From the IMG/VR virus record IMGVR_UViG_3300032316_000329, positions 1 to 64,000 of that record: a DNA stretch of 64,000 nucleotides; one strand, 5' to 3'. Position numbers and translations under genes: made by a program. Every line of letters starts with the position of its first letter. Position 1 is the first letter of the stretch. Source of the stretch: a virus. Below the pieces are notes generated by a model that saw nothing but the letters and a program-made list of their open reading frames with translations, was not told the DNA's origin and did no database searches. Shown here one piece after another: positions 8,871-17,946 of the stretch.

Positions 8871-9923
8871 ATGTTTAATAACAGATTTAATTCTACCCAT
8901 AAGGACCCGCTTGTAGAGGCGGTTAAACAAGCACAGCAGGACGGTGAAACTCGCCGTCAGGCCGAAGCATATGTAAATGAACAGTTTGGTGTTTATTCAC
9001 GCAATGCAGTTGTCCGTGAGGACCTTGCTGCTTATGATGCTGCCATTGAAGAGGCATATAAGTGCATGAAAGAAGGTAAACCACTCGATCCTGTCGGTCG
9101 TGAAGATAAAGACATCGATAACGATGGTGACCACGACAAGTCCGACAAGTACCTTCTAAACCGCCGCAAGGCAATCGGTAATGCCATGGGTAAAAGAATG
9201 GAAGAAGGTGCTATGGATTCCGATGTTGTCGGTGGTGGCGCTGTAACCAAAGACAACAAACCAGTTGTTTCTTCAACAGCACCAAAAGTAAACACATCAG
9301 GTCCATCTGCTTCTGATAAAGCAGGCCTTGCTGCTAAAATCGGTGCTATGAAAGAAGAAAAGTTGGATGAACTAAAAAAGACAACTCTAGGATCTTATGT
9401 TGGTAAGGCCGCCAACGCAAACTATGGCAAAGAAAAACTAGAGCGTGAAAAAGGCGTGAAACTTGCCATGGATAAAATCAAAGGTAGATATGGTGTTGTC
9501 AAGGCTACAGAAGAAACACAGATTGATGAAGTATCAAAGGGTAGAGCAATCTCCGCTTATAGACAAAAAGAAGGCGAGGAGCGTGATACATCTAAACTAC
9601 ACGGTCTAATCAAGAGAAAGTTTGGTAAAGAAACAGCCAAGCACGCCGAACGTGCAGGTGGCCGTGATACTGGTAATCTAATCCGTCGTGGCGAAGATCG
9701 TGGCAAAGAAGATTCCATTGCCCGTGACCAGAGATTAGGTTCTGCTGCTCGTAAGACAAAGAGTGGAAAAGTCCATAAGCAAGATACTACCACACTAAAA
9801 GGTAACATCAAGCGCCGTCTTGGTTCACATACAAAACCAAAGAATCTTCCAGAAGAGGTCATGAAGGAATCAATCAAGGCCAAACTTCTCGCAAAGTATA
9901 TGAAAGAAGATCAGTCTTTCTAG
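8871..9923 (+). CDS. Probable internal head (prohead core) protein
   Basis: Late promoter at 8825; highly charged; many LxE/IDE/MKE sites; DIDNDGDHDKSD Ca-binding-like loop. Confidence 0.6.
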   Translation: MFNNRFNSTHKDPLVEAVKQAQQDGETRRQAEAYVNEQFGVYSRNAVVREDLAAYDAAIEEAYKCMKEGKPLDPVGREDKDIDNDGDHDKSDKYLLNRRKAIGNAMGKRMEEGAMDSDVVGGGAVTKDNKPVVSSTAPKVNTSGPSASDKAGLAAKIGAMKEEKLDELKKTTLGSYVGKAANANYGKEKLEREKGVKLAMDKIKGRYGVVKATEETQIDEVSKGRAISAYRQKEGEERDTSKLHGLIKRKFGKETAKHAERAGGRDTGNLIRRGEDRGKEDSIARDQRLGSAARKTKSGKVHKQDTTTLKGNIKRRLGSHTKPKNLPEEVMKESIKAKLLAKYMKEDQSF

Positions 9924-9961
9924 ACGCACTGGAAACAGGTAAGTCGGTCTTTGAAGCTGCT

Positions 9962-11062
9962 ATGGCGGTAGATATGATTAATCCTCCTGCTATTCAAGGA
10001 CCTGCAAAAGCAGGCGTCCAAAAAGCGGCAGCAACCAGACCTTCTGTTGGTGCAAGATTTGCACCACTTAATAAAGTGGCGGCACAAACAACAGTCAATC
10101 CTGTTAAAATGATGCCAAAACCTCCTGTAAATATGTCTGCTATGAAAGGTCCAATGATGAATATGGGTAAGAGCGTGCCTGTTACTTCACCCGTTTCTGC
10201 GGCCGCATCTGCCGCACCTAAAAGTCTAGCAAGTAGAGTTGCTGGTATTGCTAGTAATCCTGTTGTTGGTGCTGCTACTGCTTCTTATAGTTTGGGCCAA
10301 TTAGCAACTGGTACTGAAACAGGCAGAGCAATAGGTAAATCTATTGGTGATAATTTTCCTGGACTAAAATCAGCAATGGCAAAAGTAAAAGATTACAGAG
10401 ATAATGTTGTTGCTCCAAAACTTGGTATGAAATCACTTTCAACTGCTGCTGATACACCATATATCTCAAAGGCTGTAAAATCTGTAATGCCTGGGGATTC
10501 TAAAGCAGAACCAACACCTACTTCAAAAGCAGAACCTTCTTCTTTCAAGCAGGCATTTGCCGCGGCAAGAAAAGAAGCAGGTAGTTCCCAAGGTCAATTT
10601 ACCTATAAAGGTAAAGAATATCAAACTAACTTAAACCCTGCCAAAGGTACTGAAAAGTATATTCCTGCTTCACAGCAAAAGGTAACAAGTGTTGGTAAGA
10701 CATCTACTACCGCACCATCTACCACATCTTCAACCAGCACAACACCTGGTTCAACGAGCATTAAAGCACAACCGGCACCACCATCTTCTGCTACGGCAGG
10801 AATGAGTTCTGCTGCTGAAAAGTCTGGTATTTCACAGACACCAACAACATCAGGTACAGAGTTTGGTGCCGGTAAAAATGTTTCATCTACACCAATGCCA
10901 ACAACATCAACACCTGCGGCACCTACCCCTAAGTCACCTGAACCAGAGGCCAAGGGTGCTGTAACAACTGCTCCTGAAAAGAAGCAGAGAGAATCTGGAA
11001 CAACATTACAAAATGTTGCTGAAAGCGTCCAAGTTGGTGATTATAAATATAGGATTGTATAA
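9962..11062 (+). CDS. Low-complexity Ala/Pro/Ser/Thr-rich virion protein (possible frameshift extension of 8871)
   Basis: SFKQAFAAARK..G..FTYKGKEY.T motif; no clear SD; frame open back across the upstream stop. Confidence 0.6.
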   Translation: MAVDMINPPAIQGPAKAGVQKAAATRPSVGARFAPLNKVAAQTTVNPVKMMPKPPVNMSAMKGPMMNMGKSVPVTSPVSAAASAAPKSLASRVAGIASNPVVGAATASYSLGQLATGTETGRAIGKSIGDNFPGLKSAMAKVKDYRDNVVAPKLGMKSLSTAADTPYISKAVKSVMPGDSKAEPTPTSKAEPSSFKQAFAAARKEAGSSQGQFTYKGKEYQTNLNPAKGTEKYIPASQQKVTSVGKTSTTAPSTTSSTSTTPGSTSIKAQPAPPSSATAGMSSAAEKSGISQTPTTSGTEFGAGKNVSSTPMPTTSTPAAPTPKSPEPEAKGAVTTAPEKKQRESGTTLQNVAESVQVGDYKYRIV

Positions 11063-11352
11063 TGATTGATGAAGCACATATTCCCAAGAGACCTCCTATT
11101 GAAAAGAGGGCTCTTGGTGCCACAGAATACAGAAAAGGACATAGGGACGCAGACGCCATGCAAAATCAATACGGTGGTAAACGCTATAACCTTTCTGTTA
11201 CTAAAAAACTGGCCGAAGAAGATATGAAGAAGGCTATGAATAAAGTTTCGCAGAAGAAACTTAGAGTTGCTGGTACTATGACAGGTAAACCGGCAGATTT
11301 GGTTACACTAGAGCCTGAAAAGAATATTAATGGCCAAGGAATGCAAAACTAA
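11062..11352 (+). CDS. Small basic late protein
   Basis: TATAAATA at 11042; begins MIDE. Confidence 0.6.
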   Translation: MIDEAHIPKRPPIEKRALGATEYRKGHRDADAMQNQYGGKRYNLSVTKKLAEEDMKKAMNKVSQKKLRVAGTMTGKPADLVTLEPEKNINGQGMQN

Positions 11353-11383
11353 AATCTAACTTGTAGAAAGAAGGAATACTAAA

Positions 11384-12007
11384 ATGCCATTATGGGGTAA
11401 TAAAGATAACGCTGCCAATTCCGATATTGCAGCCGTTTCATACATCAACAGAACAACAACTGCTGCTAATCAGACAGCACTCTATGGTAATACAAGAATT
11501 GGACAGTTCGTTACCAATACATCAATCGGTCAGTTCGCCGTTGATACAAACGAAATGGCTGCTGCTAATACAGGTCGTGCTAAACCTGCTCACTCAGGTT
11601 GGGTCATTCGCCGTGAAGGCACAGGTCTCCGTGCTGGTCGTGTTACATACGAAGTCCTCGTTGCAACAGGTTCAATCTCAACCGATGGTTCGGATGATAC
11701 ACAGTTCCCAGATTACCGTATCACAATTACAACAAACCCATCAAGTGCAAATGGTGCTGGCAACGTCAATCTAACCGTTGCTGCTACATCAACACCATCA
11801 GGCGCTACACTGGCATATGCTTGGCAGCGTAACCCAGGTTCAGGTTGGGTTTCTGTTCCAAATACAGCCGGTGTATATTTCAATAATACATCACCAACAC
11901 TTGTTGCAAATGCAGCAGTTGCAAACGCCAATACCTTCCGTGTTCTCGTTTCCACTACAGGTGCCAACACCGTTACATCAGCCAATGCTGCCGTAACAAC
12001 ACCTTAA
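11384..12007 (+). CDS. Virion decoration protein with C-terminal Ig-like domain
   Basis: MPLWG N-terminus; ITITTNP...LAYAWQ...W...LV...TFRVLVS...VTS Ig pattern; high-expression codon usage. Confidence 0.7.
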   Translation: MPLWGNKDNAANSDIAAVSYINRTTTAANQTALYGNTRIGQFVTNTSIGQFAVDTNEMAAANTGRAKPAHSGWVIRREGTGLRAGRVTYEVLVATGSISTDGSDDTQFPDYRITITTNPSSANGAGNVNLTVAATSTPSGATLAYAWQRNPGSGWVSVPNTAGVYFNNTSPTLVANAAVANANTFRVLVSTTGANTVTSANAAVTTP

Positions 12008-12017
12008 GGGGATTTAA

Positions 12018-13610
12018 ATGAAAACTTTCCGTGATTATCTAAAAGAAGAAGTAAAAATCGGTGCCCTCGCAAGCGGGGGTATCGGCATTGAGCGTGATGC
12101 AGTAAGAGACGAAATTAACGGTATTCTCTCCGGCATTGGCTCACAACCATGTATTACACCTTATGGTTCACTAAACAGGATTCGTAAGGCCCTTGCCTAT
12201 TTCAGCATCTTCCTTCCAAAGAAAGTGTATATGGAAGGCCGTCATGGTATAGAGGTTTGGGAAATTCATCAGTTCGGTGATAAGATGGGTATGACCGACC
12301 AAGGTGAGTTTATCAAATCTGTTCCTGCCAAGTATTATCTTTTCTTACATTATCATTTGATTGGTTCAATGTATTATCTTGAATCTAAAATTGTTGATGA
12401 TAATGAACTTGAAGAAAGATTGAGTCGCGCCGAGCGTATGGTTGCGGAAGAGGCCGATGCATCTAACCGTCAGGGTATTGCTAAAGCAATGGCTCCTAAA
12501 GAACCAATGCATGATGAAGATGATGATGGCACCGTAAGCACAAAGAAGGCTGTTGAGGTTTCTATGCGCCGTAAGGACAAGAAACTATCTGCGGACTCTT
12601 TGGATGAAGCAATGACCCGTAAGCAGAAAGATATGGCGGTTCGCCGTTTCATGTCTCACGATCCAAAGGCTGGTGAAAGTATTCTTGCTATGGGTAAGAA
12701 AGAGCGTGAAGAGAAGAAATCATTTGCTTCTGGTAAGAAAGAGGTCAATCGTCTCAAAGAAGAAGAACAGATTGATGAGGTTTCTCTAGGCAAACTTGTT
12801 CGCTATAAAAATGAACGAGATAAAGATGTAAGAGTAACTGGTATTTCTGCTTCTCATTCAGAAGATATGGCAAAAGGCCATAAAGCAAGCGGTAATGAGA
12901 AAAAGAGTAAAGAGTTTTCTGATGAAGGAAAGTGGCTAAGAGGTAAGCAAGACAAAATGAAAGCAGGTATTAAACTTGCTGATAAGAAGATGAAAGGTAA
13001 AGCAAGAGTAAATGCTTCTATGCCTAAGCATCCTTACATGGAAGAAACCATGGAAGAAGGTCGTATGCCTCCTTCTGTTATCGCTCATAAACAAAAACTT
13101 GCTTCTATGTCCGACAAAGAGTTTGCTGAAAAGCACGGTCATAAGTCAGAAAAGCAATTGCGTGATATGGGTGCCCGTCATGGTTATGGATTTGATAAAG
13201 CAACCAAGACAGGTAGCGACCATTATGTAAAACGTGCCGCATCTAAACAGATTGATGAGAAGGCCCCTCCAGGTGCCAAGTATGAAAGAATGGTTAAGCA
13301 CATCAAGGCAGGTTATGCTAAAGATGGTCTAACTGCCAAGGAAAAAGGCATTGCCTTTGCTACGGCATGGAAGGCCAAGAAAAAAGAACAAATGGACGAG
13401 GCCATGGGTTCTGTAAAGAAGTCACATGCTTATAGAAAAATGAAAACTAAGGTAAATACAATTGTTAGAAAAGGCCTCGGTAAAAAAAGAGAAACCGGTA
13501 CCATTCTTGTAACAAATAAAGGTGATCCACATGCTGCCACAGGTGGTGGCGTTCGTCGTATTCCAAAAGATAAATATGATCCTTCAAAGCACAATATGGC
13601 ATCAGAATAA
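12018..13610 (+). CDS. Probable internal head polyprotein
   Basis: MKTFRDYLKEE CTS-like start; repeated LDE/IDE/MEE/MDE sites separating basic segments. Confidence 0.65.
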   Translation: MKTFRDYLKEEVKIGALASGGIGIERDAVRDEINGILSGIGSQPCITPYGSLNRIRKALAYFSIFLPKKVYMEGRHGIEVWEIHQFGDKMGMTDQGEFIKSVPAKYYLFLHYHLIGSMYYLESKIVDDNELEERLSRAERMVAEEADASNRQGIAKAMAPKEPMHDEDDDGTVSTKKAVEVSMRRKDKKLSADSLDEAMTRKQKDMAVRRFMSHDPKAGESILAMGKKEREEKKSFASGKKEVNRLKEEEQIDEVSLGKLVRYKNERDKDVRVTGISASHSEDMAKGHKASGNEKKSKEFSDEGKWLRGKQDKMKAGIKLADKKMKGKARVNASMPKHPYMEETMEEGRMPPSVIAHKQKLASMSDKEFAEKHGHKSEKQLRDMGARHGYGFDKATKTGSDHYVKRAASKQIDEKAPPGAKYERMVKHIKAGYAKDGLTAKEKGIAFATAWKAKKKEQMDEAMGSVKKSHAYRKMKTKVNTIVRKGLGKKRETGTILVTNKGDPHAATGGGVRRIPKDKYDPSKHNMASE

Positions 13611-13615
13611 ATGTA

Positions 13616-14005
13616 ATGTCTTTTGATTTAAATGATGATAATTTTTTGATATATGCCGCTAAAAATTATGATCGTCCTCATATACTCCATTCAGAGTTTG
13701 AGGACGATCTAAAGCGTATAAAGTATGTTAAAAGATTGTTAAGAAAATATAAACAAACTGGTGAGTTTAAAGAACGATTAGTTCTTAACCATGTTATTAT
13801 TCTTTCTAATGTCTTTGGTGTTCAACCAACAGTCAATATGCTTTTCTTTAAATGTGACCAAGAAGATTACTCACTTTTAAAAACTATTTTAATTTTCCTC
13901 AACTACTTACCTAAAAGTTTAACTGTAACGTTTAATAAATACCATATTAGACAAGAGGAAATCCCTGTGGATTTGTCCGTAGCGGATATATTAAGAAATA
14001 TCTAA
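13616..14005 (+). CDS. Conserved T4-like hypothetical protein
   Basis: NFLIYAAKNY..EFEDDLKRIKYVKRLL..ERLVLNH pattern typical of T4-like phages. Confidence 0.75.
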   Translation: MSFDLNDDNFLIYAAKNYDRPHILHSEFEDDLKRIKYVKRLLRKYKQTGEFKERLVLNHVIILSNVFGVQPTVNMLFFKCDQEDYSLLKTILIFLNYLPKSLTVTFNKYHIRQEEIPVDLSVADILRNI

Positions 14006-14078
14006 AGGTTGCTTCGCAATGTCTCGCTTCGCTCGACGGGTTGCTTTTGGTTATTCCTTAAGATGGTTTCCGGAACCA

Positions 14079-14107
14079 ATTATACAAAGACTTAAAAACT
14101 ATGGCAA
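14079..14107 (-). promoter_or_regulatory. Antisense sigma70 promoter
   Basis: Minus strand TTGCCA-17-TATAAT pointing into the 14006-14075 gap. Confidence 0.6.
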
Positions 14108-14115
14108 GAGGTAAA

Positions 14116-14550
14116 ATGAAAAATATTTCAGAAGAAGGCGCTCCAACCGTAAATGTAGGCGGTGGAGATATTGCTGGTGTAGGTATACCTAAAGCAGGCA
14201 AGGCCGCTAACTGGGGAGAACCTGGTGTGTCACCTAGACATCAACCAAAGAAGAACAAGACACCATCTACCAACTCGGTAGTTATGTCTTTGGTTCGTAG
14301 GGCACCACCAAATATGGTAGCAGAAGATTCATTCGCAGGTAATGTTGTATTTGAGGTATCATCAAATGTGTTTCATAACCTAAAGTTAGAGAAACGCAAA
14401 GGCCAACACTGGAAAACATATCTTGGGGAAGATGATGTGTTATCCGAAATTAGAGAATATGCTAATAAAAACCCACACAAACCCATTATAGTTCGTAATG
14501 TGACAACAAATGAAATGTGCTATGTAAGATATGGAAGAAAAGGACGATAG
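14116..14550 (+). CDS. Hypothetical late protein
   Basis: SD GAGG; MKNISEEGAPTVNVGGGDIAG. Confidence 0.65.
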   Translation: MKNISEEGAPTVNVGGGDIAGVGIPKAGKAANWGEPGVSPRHQPKKNKTPSTNSVVMSLVRRAPPNMVAEDSFAGNVVFEVSSNVFHNLKLEKRKGQHWKTYLGEDDVLSEIREYANKNPHKPIIVRNVTTNEMCYVRYGRKGR

Positions 14551-14551
14551 T

Positions 14552-15217
14552 ATGTATAATATTACACCAGAAATCCTTAGAAAGATTGCTGGTGCTTCTG
14601 TAAGTAGAAATATTGTAGATGGATTAGTTGAACACTTGCCAGAGACACTAGAGAAGTATAATATAAACACCAGATTAAGAATAGCACACTTTCTCGCTCA
14701 ACTAGCACACGAAAGTGACCATTTTAGAACTTTTGAAGAATATGCGTCAGGTGCGGATTATGAAGGACGCAGAGATTTAGGAAATGTTGTAAGGGGTGAC
14801 GGCAGAAGATACAAAGGCAGAGGTCCTATTCAGATTACAGGGCGTTATAATTATCGCAAGTATGGTAAGATTTTAGGTGTTGATCTTGAAGATAACCCAC
14901 ACCTAGCAGCAACACCAAGACTTGGTACATTAATTGCTGGAGAGTATTGGCATCAAAATAATTTAAACGAGTGGGCTGATAGAGATAACGGTAAACAGAT
15001 AACCAGAAAAATTAATGGCGGTTATAACGGTTTGAATGATAGATTAGAGAAGATTGAACGGGCTAAAAAAGCATTAGCATCGGCCGAGATTATTAGAGAT
15101 TTACCATCAACATATGAAGAACCGGATAAAGTAGAAGTTGTTAATGAAAATCCAGAGAAAATAGAAAGTTTACCGACTTTCGTTCAACTCAATCTTCTGG
15201 AGAATAGCAATGACTAA
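14552..15217 (+). CDS. Endolysin, glycoside hydrolase family 19
   Basis: AHFLAQLAHES, YKGRGPIQITGRYNY, ITRKINGGYNGL; SD AAGGA before 14552. Confidence 0.9.
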   Translation: MYNITPEILRKIAGASVSRNIVDGLVEHLPETLEKYNINTRLRIAHFLAQLAHESDHFRTFEEYASGADYEGRRDLGNVVRGDGRRYKGRGPIQITGRYNYRKYGKILGVDLEDNPHLAATPRLGTLIAGEYWHQNNLNEWADRDNGKQITRKINGGYNGLNDRLEKIERAKKALASAEIIRDLPSTYEEPDKVEVVNENPEKIESLPTFVQLNLLENSND

Positions 15218-15632
15218 AAAGTATTTAGATAGAAAACCAATTCTTCCCAAGGTAACCATTGTAGATGAACCTTGGATTATGCGTTACTGGCGGCCAATGA
15301 TGGCGTGGCAGTATTTTCTAGTATGTTTATGTGATTTCATTATCTTCCCATCGACTGCAATGTATTATGCGTCAAAATATGGTGTAGCAGAACATTTTAA
15401 ATGGGACCCGATTACACTCTCATCAGGTGGTTTTTACCACATTGCAATGGGTGTAATCATTGGCGTTGCAGCCTATTCAAGGGGGCAGGAGAATCTATTA
15501 AGAACGAGAATGTTCGCCCAGGCTGAACTACCAGGTAAATCTTCATCGGAGGAGTGTGATGAAGATTTATACATAGATGAAGGATTGGAGCCCCCAGCCC
15601 ATCCTACAACTAGACCTAGAAGAGGGGGATAA
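15210..15632 (+). CDS. Holin-like membrane protein
   Basis: WRPMMAWQY..CLCDFIIFP..W.PITL..GG.YHIAMG.IIGVAAYSRGQE; two TM segments; follows the endolysin. Confidence 0.75.
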   Translation: MTKKYLDRKPILPKVTIVDEPWIMRYWRPMMAWQYFLVCLCDFIIFPSTAMYYASKYGVAEHFKWDPITLSSGGFYHIAMGVIIGVAAYSRGQENLLRTRMFAQAELPGKSSSEECDEDLYIDEGLEPPAHPTTRPRRGG

Positions 15633-15653
15633 TAGAAAGGATTGTTAACTCTA

Positions 15654-15995
15654 ATGGCAGACAAAAACACCAACGACTTTGATAATGAAGTTGGTGGATT
15701 CGCTATCAATAAGGTTCCACATTTAATATCCGCCATCATTGCTGTTGGTGGACTTGTGGCCGCTTATTTTATGACCGTAGGTGAATTTAAAGTAAAAGAT
15801 ATGGAACTACAACAGAGAGTAATGTACCTAGAGCAAAAAGTTGACCATATAGAAGATAGTGTTGATTCTATCAAAAACAAACTTGATGCTCGTATTCCTG
15901 TTGTAGATGAGGACCGTCAAAGTTTAAGGAAAGAGATTGACGGTCTTAAAGAAGTTTTACAACAAATGAGACCATTCCTGAAAAAAAGCAATTGA
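15654..15995 (+). CDS. Single-TM coiled-coil protein (possible inner spanin)
   Basis: TM helix then coiled coil, third gene of the lysis cassette. Confidence 0.45.
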   Translation: MADKNTNDFDNEVGGFAINKVPHLISAIIAVGGLVAAYFMTVGEFKVKDMELQQRVMYLEQKVDHIEDSVDSIKNKLDARIPVVDEDRQSLRKEIDGLKEVLQQMRPFLKKSN

Positions 15996-16049
15996 CATAG
16001 AGTCAATAATGTTATAAGATTGAAACCTTCGTTATGTATCAGGTGGAAT

Positions 16050-17054
16050 ATGTCCGTTTATGTTGATAAGAAGTATATCTCCCTCCTCTCGCCGAAACTT
16101 TCCCAGTTTAAGCAGAGGGGGGAATTTTTATGGAATTTTAGGTGTCCTGTATGTGGAGATTCCCATAAGGATAAACTAAAGGCCCGTGGATACATCTATA
16201 AACGGAAAGAACATTTTGGATTCATGTGCCACAATTGTGGTTCAACCATGGGTCTTTCCAAGTTTATTAAGTATGTTGACCCACATCTTTATACCGAATA
16301 CCAGTTGGAATCATTTGTTCAATCTAACACTACCAACACCAAGGTAGATGTTAACCAGTTTATAACAAAACCTGTATTCAAAACAAATACTTTAAGTAAT
16401 GATTTGGTGCCTTTAAAATCTCTTCCATCAAACTTTGCGGCTCGTAAGTATATTGAGGATCGTAAAGTTCCTCTTAAAGACCTTTACTATACTTCCGACT
16501 TTGCGGATTATATAAAGAACCAGTTTCCAGAGAACGACAAGGTGCTATATAAGGAACCAAGAATCGTCATTCCTTTTTATGATAAGGATGGAAATCTATT
16601 AGGTGTTCAAGGTCGTTCCATCGGCCAGTCTAAAATCAAATACATTACAATCAAATCATCCGAAGAGGCGCCCAAAATCTTCGGTTGGAATAATATTGAT
16701 ACTAGTAAAAGGGTATATGTGGTTGAAGGGCCAATTGATAGTCTATTCCTGGAAAATGGCGTTGCTACAATGGATGCTAATCTTACTCATATTGTTCCTA
16801 TTTTAGGTATTGACAAAGATTATACTTTCGTTTATGATAATGAACCTCGTAATAAAGATATCATAAGGTATATGAGAAAGTCCATTTCACTGGGTTATAA
16901 CATTTGTGTATGGCCGGAACATATCCGTCAGAAAGATATTAACGAAATGATATTAGCAGGTAAATCACCTGCTTCTATCCAGCACATTATAGATACCAAT
17001 ACTCACAACGGGATTATGGCCACAATGAAGATGAACCAGTGGAGCAAAGAATGA
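16050..17054 (+). CDS. gp61: DNA primase (T4 gp61-like)
   Basis: NFRCPVCGDS..CHNCG Zn finger; VEGPIDSLF and DNEPRN TOPRIM; promoter TTGACA 15992. Confidence 0.92.
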   Translation: MSVYVDKKYISLLSPKLSQFKQRGEFLWNFRCPVCGDSHKDKLKARGYIYKRKEHFGFMCHNCGSTMGLSKFIKYVDPHLYTEYQLESFVQSNTTNTKVDVNQFITKPVFKTNTLSNDLVPLKSLPSNFAARKYIEDRKVPLKDLYYTSDFADYIKNQFPENDKVLYKEPRIVIPFYDKDGNLLGVQGRSIGQSKIKYITIKSSEEAPKIFGWNNIDTSKRVYVVEGPIDSLFLENGVATMDANLTHIVPILGIDKDYTFVYDNEPRNKDIIRYMRKSISLGYNICVWPEHIRQKDINEMILAGKSPASIQHIIDTNTHNGIMATMKMNQWSKE

Positions 17055-17257
17055 TGTTAAAATTTACTAATTCCTCAGAGGGCCGAAATGGTGATCCTCT
17101 TTATCTAAACAAGGACTGGATTGTATCCGTTTATGAAAATGCAAACGAAGGCGGATCATTACAGACTATAATTTTTGGTGGACCTGGTGCAGGTATACCA
17201 TTTCAAGTAGAAGAAAGTCTCGGTGAGGTTATTAAGATTATTGAAGGTGAAGAATGA
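17051..17257 (+). CDS. FlbD-like small protein
   Basis: PLYLNKDWIVSVYE...VEESLGEVIKII pattern. Confidence 0.5.
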   Translation: MMLKFTNSSEGRNGDPLYLNKDWIVSVYENANEGGSLQTIIFGGPGAGIPFQVEESLGEVIKIIEGEE

Positions 17258-17934
17258 ACGACGCCAAAATTATTGCTTTAACTAATCCTATTCTTTCTGC
17301 ATGGGAAACAGGAACAGAAAGTCCGATTGGCGCAGAGGCATTCATTGCTTATACCGCCAGAGTATCAAATCCAAGCAATCAGAGTAACACACTAACAGCA
17401 CCAAAACTCCTATCATATCTAATCAAACATAAACACTGGTCGCCATTTGAAATGGTTTCTGTCACAATGGAAATCAATACAACCCGTGATATCTCACATC
17501 AGATTATCCGTCATCGTTCTTTTTCGTTTCAAGAGTTTAGCCAGCGTTATGCTGACCCAACTAAAGACATGTCTTTTGTAACAAGAGAGGCAAGACTACA
17601 AGACGCCAAGAACCGTCAGAATAGTATTGCAACAAGTGATAAAGAGTTGGAGAATAAATGGTATGAACAGCAACGGTGGGCGATCATATTTGCTAAAGAA
17701 GAATATAATAAAGCAATCGATAATGGCATTGCCAAAGAACAGGCAAGAGCAATTCTACCAGAAGGTCTAACCGCAACTCGTCTATATATGTCAGGGACAC
17801 TTCGTTCTTGGATTCATTACATCGACGTTCGTGCGGAAGTAGGCACACAGAAAGAACACCGTCAGGTTGCTTTGGCGGCACAGAAAGAAATTTTACAGCA
17901 TTTTCCATCACTAAGGGACTATTGGCAAGAATAA
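17254..17934 (+). CDS. thyX: Flavin-dependent thymidylate synthase
   Basis: HWSPFE, RHRSFSFQEFSQRY, KEQARAILP. Confidence 0.95.
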   Translation: MNDAKIIALTNPILSAWETGTESPIGAEAFIAYTARVSNPSNQSNTLTAPKLLSYLIKHKHWSPFEMVSVTMEINTTRDISHQIIRHRSFSFQEFSQRYADPTKDMSFVTREARLQDAKNRQNSIATSDKELENKWYEQQRWAIIFAKEEYNKAIDNGIAKEQARAILPEGLTATRLYMSGTLRSWIHYIDVRAEVGTQKEHRQVALAAQKEILQHFPSLRDYWQE

Positions 17935-17946
17935 GAGGAAGTAAGA

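Noticed and set aside
4370-13230. Minus-strand and nested ORFs in the late cluster
   Set aside because: Antisense shadows of well-supported plus-strand genes, with no SD or motifs
15991-16007. ATTGAC-N5-GTCAAT as an FNR/FixK box
   Set aside because: FNR box is TTGAT-N4-ATCAA; spacing and bases differ, and it is a single occurrence overlapping a -35
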